Part shown: one piece after another, positions 23,752 to 35,700 of the stretch
Position numbering within the stretch: position 1 is the stretch's first letter
Layout of the letters: the number at the start of each line of letters is the position of its first letter
Assembly: GCA_017499595.2 (NCBI GenBank)
Contig: CM039002.1
Span: 3,038,001-3,102,000 of the forward strand
Source: Psilocybe cubensis
Lineage: Eukaryota
Direction of reading: 5' to 3'
Length of the DNA stretch: 64,000 nt
The notes under the pieces: model-generated
What the model saw: the letters and a program-made list of their open reading frames with translations, nothing else
The model's database searches: none
Told to the model about the DNA's origin: nothing
Program-made: the position numbers and the translations under genes

Positions 23752-24500
23752 AATAACATGAGCCCCTATATCGCACACGAAGGCGCAAGGACCGCATATC
23801 AAGGCTCACAGTTCGATGGGATGGGGTATTGCGGCACGCCATTCAACAATACTCTGCACGTCACGGCGTCGAACAGCTGTGTTTCATTCAAACTCCATGG
23901 TGCGTCCCTATCCATGCCTGTTTTCATGTCTAAACCTTGACCAATGAGATTGGCTCTGTCGACATCATATGGGACCCAGCAGTACAACAGCACCGACTAC
24001 TCGACGCCCGTCACCAACCCGTCCTGGGAGTGTTTTATTGACGGCCTTAGTGGATCCATAGTGGCGCAGCGAGGCTCAGCCGTCTTCGGGAACGACATAT
24101 TCTACTATGCTTCGTTTGTCAAAGGCAGACCGGTGCATAAATCCTGTGTGAGCCCGTTGCCCACAGACATTGACAAAAGCAACGTCGTCAGCTGGGTTCA
24201 GAGCAGTTTATCGGGCATCAGAGTAACCGTGGAAATATTATACATGTATTTCCTACCAGCGGATGACGCTATCAATATTTTTTTGGGTGCTATACCTGAA
24301 ATTTTTTTCAAGTCTCAGAGAATTGAAGATTAATATTAATAGAGATTTTGATGAAGATTCCCTTGATGTATGTTACCTTATTTTTTATGAACTGAACGGT
24401 TAGGGAAATTAGAAACCCTGAGCATCAGTCAACAAGGACGTGATCAGGTGGTTTGTGAGAAGTCGAATGTAGATTCCTGTCAGGGGAGTGGAAAATGAAG
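23752..24500 (+). pseudogene. Chimeric pseudogene: membrane-protein 5' fragment fused to the 3' part of a further F-box/LRR paralogue
   Basis: 23752-24100 matches 4930-4580 (SPYIA.EGA..AYQGSQFDGMG; VTNPSWECFIDGLSG); from ~24103 it reads YYASFVKGRPVHK..DAINIFLGAI and later ERLGKLETLSI, motifs of A/A', with frameshift and deletion. Confidence 0.8.
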
Positions 24501-24849
24501 TGGAACTACGATATTTTTGATTTATTCGATTCTGATTTTGATTTTAATCTTGATCTAGTTTATTAACGATAACCAGAATCTTGAATTTATTCTATTTTTG
24601 TAACGGATCGAGGGTCGTGTAGGTGACAAGATAGTCCACCAGAGAGTTATAGTCATTGCTTCATCGATTTACTATCTAGAATTATGCCTGTTCTGAAGGC
24701 ATACTTACCTATTCCTTCCAAATACATTCTAATCAAAGGTGCTGCTGTAGCTGTGACGATTATTTTCCGTGTAAAGCATCCCAGTATCTCTCCGAGAATC
24801 AATATCCAACGAACCAAAAGGATATCGCGGATACTGTCAAACGTAAGGG

Positions 24850-26147
24850 TTAATACTTGGGACAATTTAAAACTTTAATTACACCCACTGGTGGAAAAAT
24901 ATCTGGAGAACATATGGCAGGCAAAGGCAGCCTTTCATGAGGTGAAATGTAACCAGCGTGGCTAATGTTCAAAGCTTGGTTGTTGTCTACAGAGGTCGTA
25001 GCTCCGAAGTTGTTGTCCATTTCAGGGTATGACCAGGTCTGACTAGAGGTGGAAGAAGGTGACAACAATGAGGGAAAAGAGGACGAGGTAGAGGAGTGAC
25101 GCGGATGGAGGTTCATTGGGCCCTCAGATACTTTGGCTTTCTTGCCTTTTCTACTTTCCCCTTTAGATCTCTTTGTCGCCCTCTTCTTCTTTAACTCGTA
25201 CCGTACGTCAATAAGCCAATAACCGCCATGATGAGCCGATTCAGGGTCCTTTCGGAACATACCAAACAGGCTGAGAGTATGTCTGATACTTGTCTACATT
25301 ATTAAATGAGTCAAATAAAGCTAGCTATACATAAGACCACATACCCTAAAAGCACCATGATTAATCAAATCTAAAATTGGAAACCTCTTTAGGACAGCTT
25401 TATAGATGTCCGTAACCTTTGCTCTATGGTTTGGAGCGGCCCAAATTGCCAGGCTCGCCAACGCCACTGTGGGCAACTCTTTTGGGCGTTTCCACGCATT
25501 TTTTGGAATATTGGGGAGTGAATCAAGATTTAAGGGCATATCAGGTGGAATACCAAAGATTCCACGGAGGTAATCCTCTGTTTCATCGTCAAATGGCAGT
25601 CCAACGGTAGTGTATCGGGAATGGTGAATGTCAGGGATAATCGCTCTGCCGTGTGCTGAGGGCGAAGGCTCGCTTAATTGTGGACTGACACCTCCGGAGT
25701 CGGAGCAGTCTTGTTGTTTGTCGCAAACGAAACTTGGATTATCGATCTCATATGTGGGAATGCCTGGTTGAAAAATGTCGGGTCTCTCCTCGCCGAAATA
25801 TGTTCGAATGGTCGGAGCATTCAGACATAAATGATTATCCTGGAGACAAAAAGGACACTGTTGTCATAATATTAAACAATAACGAGCATAGTACTCACTA
25901 ATGATGATGTGTATGCGTAACCTTAAGCGGTAATATGATTATCGATAGTTCCAGTATCGAAAGAAAATATCTTACTTTCTCCCTCTGCAGACGGGATATA
26001 AAAATTGAACTCTGTGGAATGGGGCGCATCGTTCAAAAAAAATCCATCATACTGGCCAGAAAAGATGGGGTCTTGGGAGAATAACTGCGACTGCTCGGTG
26101 GGAATATAATCCTGCGTAGTATAGTTTTGTTGAAAGTAATTCTCCAT
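24850..26147 (-). CDS. Forkhead-domain transcription factor, second paralogue
   Basis: LASLAIWAAPNHRAKVTDIYKAVLKRFP..GAFR, intron 25294-25344, TSIRHTLSLFGMFRKDPESAHHGGYWLIDVRY. Same intron position as the gene at 1-1189. Start at 26147 and the upstream exons are tentative. Confidence 0.78.
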
Positions 26148-27470
26148 CTTGATAAAAAGGCCATTGCATTGCCAAATGGTGGGCAGTGGGCGGGACAGAG
26201 GGAGATTTCATAGAGCAGCATAGTCAAAAAGAATTCCAACAAAAATTTGATTAGCGACCGTCTTATGGCAGAGCATAATAAAAGAATGTCATCAAGTACC
26301 TTCAAAATAGGCAAAAAATGTCGTGAACCACACAGATATAATGATGTACTGCGTCAAAAAGTAGAGGTTATGATGAAAAGAAGTACACGTGCTTGATCAG
26401 AGACGAGTCTATGATGCCTTTGCTGTAGAAATATTGCTGGAGATACAGGCTTTTATACTACTACGATACGGTCAAGCTCTCCAGAAATGTCAGACACGCG
26501 ACCTTCCTAGTATGGTATATCTACCATCGAATTTCTGACGATTGGTACTTCCTTTGGGCCAATTTGGCTCGGGATTGGACCGAGCCTACTTTTTCCGGAG
26601 GCAATAGTCAACTCTGCGGTATATCAGAGCAATGGGTGGACGAAAAAGGATATATCTGAAACGAATGACTTGCTATATTCGGTATCTTTCTCTGGAATAT
26701 CATAAAAGGTCTAATGTTACGATTGGCACAGACATGGTTTTTTTGGAGCCTCCGTCCCGGATGTACCGGATTGGCAGAGCTCCACTTTACCTCAAGGCAT
26801 GAGTCCTTGAGTTCTCGCATTTTCCCTCCCGTCTTTCTTCGCGCTCCTACCCTTAATACGAGTTTGTCAAAAAGTTGCTTCAATTTACACGTTCTATATT
26901 GAAGAAAATGTCGAGGATACTGCATAGCACAACCATAGTAATTAAACGTCCGGATCCGCGCTTTCCATATCTATACAGTCGTTTATTCTGCACATATTAT
27001 CTACCGTCGCTCCATCGCAAATGACATTGATCAGGAGCCGTACGCGGCCACGGAGAATAGTCATTGGCTCATGGCCAATCCAACTACAATATGACACTAG
27101 ACCATGAGATAAGAAGAATCTTTCATGATCTTATCGTGCTGGATCGACCTCGTGTTATGGGATCCGAGTCGAGGTGGCTTTATTTCACAGGCAGCACGGG
27201 TTTTCGACAAGCCGTGAGCGTCATTTTGCACGAAGTCGCACTGCTTATGTCATATTTTCCCATGATGGCAGTGTAGCCGCGGGTGCACACAGTTGACCCT
27301 CGTTTTCGCATTGCATTGTAAGCATTGCATTGTAATATCAAGGCACCAGAAAGCAAGCTTTACCTATGAGTTATCTGTAACCCCTTTAAAACCAATTTTA
27401 CGTAGCTCAATAAAAATACCAAAACAACTCTATCATATCACGCACTTTCTAACGGCACACGCAACTACGA

Positions 27471-29004
27471 TTACCGTCCACGCACGAGCATACCCAAGTC
27501 GAACCGCGGATCGACAAACATATCGAACGCAAGAAGGGGGTCGATCATATACGGCACCGAATACGAGAACACGGTGAGCGTCCATAGGAAGCCTATGACG
27601 CGCAGCCAAAGCGCGGGAGCCGGGTCCCCCTGGGCAGGGTGATCTTTAAAGCCGTTGGTATGTTCCTTGCCGTTGCCGTTGCCGTTCACGCCGTTGATAG
27701 CCTTGCCATTTCTTGCGCTCCCATTTCTAACTGGGTCCGCTCGCTTATCTACCTTTGACTTTTGACTATCCTTCGCCCCACCCACGTACACCCGCATCCA
27801 CACCTTCTCAGCAATAACTTCTATACTGACACCCAAGCCTTGCAGGCAGAAGAAAGTGAGCGTGCCGTACCCTGGGTAGCCGAGCAGCATCCACTCGCCC
27901 CCAATGTGTAGAATGCCGGAGAAGACAAAGGCCATTGGCACGAGGAGTAGCTTGGAGAGGGTCTGCAGAGGGGAATTAGATGAGGGCGAGGAAGTGGGTT
28001 TGGAAGTGCCTGATGTCAGACGGGAACGGGGAAAGGGTGGAGGGAGGCGCATAATTTTGGTTATGACGAAATGGGAGAGTGAGAGGAGAGTCTGCGTGTG
28101 TGGTGGTTAGAATGTGGTAGATTCTGGGAAGTAAGTGGATTATTACCTTTCTCAGCATCTGATGCCATACTTTTCTATTGGGCGAAAGTCATATGCACCA
28201 AGGTTTAATTTCACGCACCAGGAGATCCCGTCAAATCGAAATTGACAACCAAGAGCTAGAACAGAAGACGTACCTCCAAAATTGGCGCACACTCCACGCT
28301 TGGAAGGGTGAACCGAACAAGCTCGGCCAACGCTCTGGTGTAGAGAACCCCAGTCCAACTACCACGGCAGAAACCACGCAGCTCACGCAAAATATCCTCG
28401 ACGAAGAGGCCCCTCCAAATGCAAGCGTGCCCATTACACGCCAGTGGAACGGCGCGGCAGAAAACGCGACTTTCCCTGGCGTATTAAGTGCAGGGTTGGA
28501 TGCGAGGAGCACGTACGATATGAACTCTACCGCAGCGCAGAGCAAGGCGTAGAATAGACGTCTGATCACAAATGCGCGGATCGGTGTGCTTCGTGATGGT
28601 GCGGGATGGAGGAAAGCAGGCTCGTGTGCCCACCCGATGCCCCGTATGTTGGTATACAGGTAGAACGCCCACCTTATGCGTTCTTTGAGCGGCTTTTGTG
28701 TGATACGCCCTCCCGATTCCGGTTGCTCAAAGTTGACGAGCGTGTCAGGGTCGGTGAGGTACAGTGAATCGAGCGCGTTGGCAACTTGAATGAGTATTGC
28801 AGAGCCCAGTCCAAGGTCTATGATTGGGTCTCCCGTGTTGGTTTGACTAATAACGTAGAAAGCGATGGCAGATAGTGTCACGAGAAGGAAGACCTTTGTC
28901 GGGTTGCGATGTCCAGGAATACATGCGAGAAGCGCGCAGGCGGCAAAAAGGAGAATGAGGGGAACAGAAAATGGTTGTTTGGAGGTGCGTTGAGTGGCGT
29001 ACAT
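27471..29004 (-). CDS. Membrane-bound O-acyltransferase (wax synthase / MBOAT_2 type)
   Basis: Motifs NIRGIGWAHEP, WPSLFGSPFQAWSVRQFW, spliced KVWHQMLRK, AFVFSGILH, FFCLQGLGVSIE; multiple TM segments. Confidence 0.85.
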
Positions 29005-30236
29005 TGCTGAAGCGAGGCCACCTGGTAGTGGCGGGAAGGAAAGAGTCGATTTCTAGCATCTTCGATGATTGCATCGAACCTAAATTGAAACGAGGATGAA
29101 ACCGCAGCGGCGCTTTGGTGGCGCCAAGCGCCATCAGCGTCGCCTAAATGGCTTACGGTATAGCGAACACAGCGTCTTCGGGGTGTCACGGAGGTTGGGG
29201 AATCAGGCATGTGTTCAAAATTGAACGCGTTTACCGGAGAGCACGAAACAGACATTTGGGGTGTTGTATCTAGGAGTTCAGGCTGGGTAGACAAGTAGTA
29301 GGGTTTGGGTGATGGAGAGGGCAACGACTAAAAACCCGCTTCCTCTTCAGGGTCTAGGCGACTGATGGAAGTGGGGAGGAGTGATGTTGAACACCATTGA
29401 CCTGAGCAAGTACAAGGCTCAAAACCTAATAATTAGTTGGGTGTAAATAGGGACACCATCAACTCGGAAACAGCCATTTTGCCTCATTTTGCAGAAACGG
29501 CACAACCTGTTCTATTTCAACATGATAAAAATATGACTGCATTGAGATACAGCCTGATTGTCATGGAGATTATGGATTATGAGGTAGGATTGGGGGGGAC
29601 GACGAAGAAGAAGAGCATTGTGAATGATTGGACTGACTGGTGTTGAATTTTAAGAGCATGTATTCGCAACAGTGAGTATGCTTTTAAATGAAAAAATCAA
29701 AGGGCCAATAGATTGTCGGGTTTGCGTTGTTTTCTTTCTGGCTTGGATTTGATTTGTGGTTAAACATATTTTGGTTCCAAAGCGCTGCCAATTTATTTTA
29801 TGCATGACAAATTACTTTCTTCCAACAATGTTGATACTGAGCGAAGTCAGCTGTAGGGTTTCCCTTACGATTAAAGGAAGAAAATGGAGCCTCGTGGATA
29901 ATTTTCTGCAGCTTGATTTAAAGGTATCTATCGGATGATTGGTGAATACTTTTTTTACGAGAAACGCGCGATGATCTATCAGCCCTCTCGCTGCAATAAA
30001 TTATTTACTCTACATCGTGCAAGCACAGTTGAAACCATGGGTCGCGAATCTCTTTGAGGAACACCCAATGACCATACAGGTTAATTAACAGTTATCCAGA
30101 CTGGCATGCGGATAATATAAAAGAATACCAAAAAAACCGTCAGAAGTTATGTTTTTAAGTACTCATGACAGTCAGGGCAAGTTTGATTTCACAATTGTTA
30201 TCTAATCTTATCTGTCACGTTCGCGTTACTCAACAA

Positions 30237-31499
30237 ATGTCACCTATCCACAAAGGTTGCCCAAGGGTTAGCCAACGCCTCTGAAGTTCTAATTCAACAT
30301 CCACCTGGAACAAGTTGTGTCTTTCTCATCTATAGTCTGATGATGTCCGAAATCTGACATGTCGCTATCACACTTTAGTGGAGGAAGCATCCACAGGATC
30401 AGATTCCGATTACTCCAGGTAAGCCTTTTTCTGAACTGGATGACCTTGCACGAACTAACACTTACATCCAGCACAGTGCGTCATTTAAAGCATCGGAAAA
30501 GAATGAAATCGAACGATGTATCTCATCTGACCTTGTCTGATTGCAGTGGATCTCATGGTTCCTATCGTCTAAAGGCAACGAGTACTTTTGCGAGGTCGAT
30601 GAAGACTTTATCCTCGACCGATTCAACCTCACAGGATTAAATAACGAGGTCGCGAACTATGCTCAGGCTCTGGATCTTATTACGGATTCTCTTGGTAAAT
30701 CTTTACTCCTACTTCATTGCAGTGTTTTCAGCTAATGTTTCACAGACGACGATATCCAAGATGAACTACGAGGCTCGCTCGACGTGCAAGCACGGCTGCT
30801 CTACGGGCTCATTCACGCCCGGTGGATCGTCACAGCACGAGGGCTCACCAAAATGGTGCGTCTCTGATTAACTATCTTTCGACGGCTAACCTCAACGATC
30901 TGAAGCTGGACAAATACAAACGCGCCGACTTTGGACGCTGCCCGCGCGTGCTGTGCTCCTCCCATCCCCTCCTCCCCGTTGGGCTGACCGACATTCCATA
31001 CGAGAAAAGCGTGAAGCTGTTTTGCGGCCGATGTGAAGACCTATACTCGCCCAAGTCATCGCGACATGGCAGCATCGACGGCGCGTACTTTGGGACAACC
31101 TTCCCGCACCTTCTGTTCCTCGTGTATCCTACACTTATTCCATCAAAGGATGGCGATGCAGCGGGAGGTGCAGGAGGTGCAGGAGGTGTCGGTGGGACAG
31201 TAGGTGCGGATGGGCGGAGCAGGCGTAGGTTAAGGGAGGAACCGGATGCGGTGGCTGTCTCTGCTGCTGTGGCGACAGAAGGCGGTGGAGAAGGGATTAG
31301 GACGGCGAATGCTGCTATGAAAGCGGAGCGCTACCGCCCCAGGATATATGGCTTCCAGCTCAACGAGACCGCCAAACTGCAGAGGTGGCAAGAGGCGATC
31401 CGCGACAGGTGAGTGACATATTTTGCATAGCTTACCGACGACTGATGATTTCGTAGACAAATTGCCCGGTTGGAGGCTTTGGAGGATAAGGCACCATAG
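30237..31499 (+). CDS. CKB: Casein kinase II regulatory (beta) subunit
   Basis: [63 protein letters not shown] zinc finger, [20 protein letters not shown]. Start exon uncertain; stop at 31497-31499. Confidence 0.95.
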
Positions 31500-32383
31500 A
31501 CGACATGACTTCTACATATATACACCCGCCTTGTCTATAGGCTTCAGTGCTACACGTGCCGTGTTTCTCCTTTCATGTATTATTTATTCTAATCACTTTT
31601 CTTTTTCACTTGTCTGCCTCGAGTAATACTCGACGACTACGACTCCCACGCGTACCATATGAATGTGGTCGTGTTCAACTAACAAAATAGAGCCATTCAG
31701 TCTGGATCTTTTTGAGTTTCATTTTGCCCTGTAGATGCCAACCGTGCACATCTCTCTTCGCAATGCTTCCCCGGCGAAGTCAAGAGGATTTTTCATCAGG
31801 AACATCGGAGCAGTTTTTACAACGTGCAGTGACAAGAGATACAGTTGAGCTTCTAGCTCTCTAAGATACCTCTATTAATCCCTGCCGTTTCAAACATCTG
31901 ACTTAAATCAACTCTTCATCGATAACAAATCAATTATTCATAGGTAAGTCATGAGGCGCGTTTTTACGTTGTTCTTCCACTCAATCAGCACAGGAATAAT
32001 GTTTACTTGTTGAGCCGTCCCTCAACGCAAGGAGAATGCAAAGCGTTAAGACAAACTCAGTCATTCGGCACTTGCGAGCGCCGGTTGAGATTGGACGCCT
32101 ATTTTAATTCCGTGCAATGAAGAACGAAATCAGATTATCTTGACTCCGAGGAAGCGTGCCCTCTGCGTTGATCCTTAACATACTGGCAGGGTCCGCCTGA
32201 TTATCATTTGTTCAGGGACACGAACCCCAATGTATGTCTGGGGTGACAGGTACCCTGGAAGTCCATCGGCGCCGCAGAAATCGATATGCACACTCATTTG
32301 TTAGATCAGGTGTATAAGATACTGATATCCATTTCGCTGTAGGATCCCCTAGGTACCTGGCCAGCAGAAACCTACCGAAAGCA

Positions 32384-34745
32384 ATGCCTACTTCTTTCCA
32401 CAGCAAAGTTGCACAGCACATCGTCGAGCTCGAACTCGAGAAACTCAGGAAGCGGAACCCGTCCTTGGGATACCATCAGGACAAGGACAAGGTATCCTGG
32501 GAGATGTTGATTGATCGCGGTGCCCACCCCCGCAAGCGCGTGCCCGTGCCGGACTCGGAGAGCCTAGCACAAGTCTCACAAGCCGCTCATGGGGTAGACC
32601 CTCTCTTCCCCGACGAACTGCCCTCCAGCCTCCCCCGCTCACCCGTAACAACACCGGAGACTGGCTTGCCAGGGCATAAATCGCCCGCCGACTTGCCGCG
32701 GCTGCCAGAAGTGGGTATCACAGAGCCCGTCGCGATCATCGGCGCCGGCGTTGCCGGTCTGCGCATCGCGATGATGCTCAAGCACCTCGGCATCCCATAT
32801 CGCGTGATGGAGGCGAGCGAGCGCTACGGCGGGCGCGTATTCACGTACCACTTCAAGAAACAGGATGGCGAGGCGGAGAGCACGCAGAACTACTTTGATG
32901 TAGGTGCGATGCGCTTCCCCGATAATGCTGTCAATGCCCGGACGTTTGAGCTCTTTGAGGAACTGGATATCAAGGCTGGGGGAGGAACGGGGGGAAAGCT
33001 GGTGCCGTACCATTTGGGCACGGATGATAATATTATGTTGTTCAATGGTAGGAGAGGTCCTGCTGCATTTTTTGAATGGGTGTTTAATATTCTCCTATTT
33101 CTAGATATCAAGAAGACAGTAGGAGAAATGTCTAAAAACCCCTTGGAGGATCACTTCCATGACGGCGTACGCAATGGCGGTACTGTAAGTCATTTTCCAG
33201 ATATCCATGCCGACTTTCTAACACATGGGTGATGGTTATTTTAACAGGTTCCCGACGATTATATCAACAGAACATACGTTAAACCCAACGGGGACAAACT
33301 CTACGGCATTGACGCGCTGCTTGGGGCTGCTTGGGAACCGTACAAATTCCTGCTTGCGAAAGATTACAAGCTGGGATGGGAGATCCTCATGCAACACGAT
33401 TCGCGCTCCAGTAGAGCACACCTTCTGGACATTATGCGATACCCACCCGAGGTTGTCCAGTGGATGGAGACAAGGGACAGTGGAACAAATGCATACGATG
33501 ATGCCTTCACAGAGGTGAAAAACAGCATTGCCTCTGAGCATTTGTACTTAAGCTGACTGCTTTATTCAGAGCATTATTGATTCGTTGGAGTTCGATTATC
33601 CAACGGGGTATGACGGACAAGGCGAACCCGGCGAGGTCAACTGGTGGTGCATCGAAGGTGGCACTGAGGTCCTCACCAAGGCGATGTATAAATCGCTTGG
33701 TATCCAGCCTTTTGTCCAGACATCACAGCGAGTAACGGCCGTGTACAAGAATAAGCCCACCACACCCGACGAGAAGACGACGATGGGAGTAATCATCCAG
33801 GGCCTGGCGGAGCTCGTGCCAACAAAGTATTCTCATGTAGTATCGACAATCCCACTGTCGTGCCTCCGCGGTGTCGACCTTAGCCGCTGCGAGTTAGATT
33901 ACGCCCAGAAGACAGCTCTGCGCTCTCTAAAGTATGGAACGGGTGTCAAAGTTGGCATCAAGTTCAAAACGCGCTGGTGGCAAGGCCAAAATTTCAAAAA
34001 ACAGGGCGGGTCTAGCAAAACCGATAGACAAAGTCGTGTAGTGGTCTACCCTAGCTATGGCGTTGATGGCCCCGCAGACACTCCTGGCGTGTTAATTGCA
34101 ACTTATACCTGGTATGTCGTTTTTTACGTTTCTTGTGCAAACTTACGCTCATTAACATTCTTGGATTTCAGGAATCAAGACGCTTTCCGCTTCGGTTCAC
34201 TCATTGACCCGAAGGACTGGGGCAACAGCGATGACCTCCACTCCGCCTCCCTTGACCCAAACCGCCAACCGAGTCCTTCTGAAGCGATTTTGCTCCAACA
34301 TATTTACGAAGACCTGGCTGAGATCCACGGCGAAACCGCCGGGTGGTACCGAGAGCAAACACTTGACTATTACGCCTACGATTGGTACCACAACCAATAC
34401 AGCATGGGAGGCTACGCGTTCTTTAATGCCGGACAATTCAGCGACCTCTACCTCCATATCACCAAACCCGCTTCTGATGGCTACCTCCACTTTGGTGGGG
34501 AGGCGGCAAGCAGCCACCATGCCTGGGTGGCGGGTGCGCTCGACTCTGCTTGGAGGTGCGTGTGGGAGATCCTCGCCAAAGATGGAACCCCGGAGCAGAA
34601 GAAGAAGTTCAGAAAGAAGTATGGTGCGAGCAAGGAGTTTGATAATATTGAAACTGCCGCACTGCAGTATTACAGAGGCATCTATGCAAACTCTTTGGAG
34701 AAAGCTGACGGAAATCATGGTCTTTTCCACTTCCCTGGAGAGTAA
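32384..34745 (+). CDS. Flavin amine oxidase family, L-amino acid oxidase-like
   Basis: FAD motif VAIIGAGVAGL, EASERYGGRVFT, FDVGAMRFP, WWCIEGG, KVGIKFKTRWW, LHFGGEAASSHHAWVAGALDSAWR; several short introns. Confidence 0.9.
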
Positions 34746-35700
34746 ATGTTATAGTATTCGAATATGTAGCATGTAAGCATTAGTCTTGAAAATTGGCGTA
34801 AAAAATGTTGTAGCGTTATTAACCGTGTGGTAGAAATGCACAAGTTGACCCTAACTCGTTATATCATCGGTACGTTGTAAATTTTAATTTGAACTAGTTG
34901 GATTGAGGGCTCTATAAAGTCCACAAAACGTCTTGCAAACCTCCAACCTTGAGTTTGTGTGTAAATAATTTTAGATTCCGATCTGCGGAAATTCAACAAA
35001 AATTGGCCTCAAGGCTCAAAATAAAAATTGACTGCTGTCACGGATACAATCAATGATCGATGATGAACCTTCTGACTTACTACCACTTTATCACCTCTCT
35101 ATTGGCACATTGAATATTTATAGTGACAATCACAACCTTCTACTCAACAGGGACACCCTCGTGTGTTCGTGGATCATCTTAATTATCTCTCGAATCAGCG
35201 ACTCGGAAAAGTTGTGCACCGGTGGTGTCCTTTTGAAAGATACATGACATCCCCTTTCAAATTAAAAATGACTCAGGGCCTGTCCAAAAGATAGTTTCTT
35301 TGACTGTTTGGAATGGTCGGATTATCATTGTGTCTTCGAAGAATAGTAAGTTCCGGACACATTCCTCTTCTTTCTGGTGAGTATTGACCCTTAATGCATA
35401 GCTTCAGGATGCATGCGGCTACGCCGAGAATTCTTTCTATCTCTGCATGACCACAGAACTAGGGTCATGCTATCGTGACTTACGAAAAATCGTGCAGATG
35501 GTGCCAACGTCCCTGAAATATCCGCTAGTCCCTGCATATCCTTTCAATTAACAAAGATCAAGGTATCATTGCAGGTCGACGGCGATTGCAACCTCCGTGT
35601 AGAGGGTACATATAGGGTAGGGGGATATCCGCTATTTAAAAGCTACAAGTGAAGGAGTACCGTCAGAAACTTTGATTCCAAAAGCCTCTAATTCTCAAAA

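Larger units (their letters stand above)
20115..24100. repeat. Right arm of inverted segmental duplication
   Basis: Inverted copy of 4550-10010 with two internal deletions (equivalent to about 7817-8872 and about 4930-5385). Confidence 0.92.
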
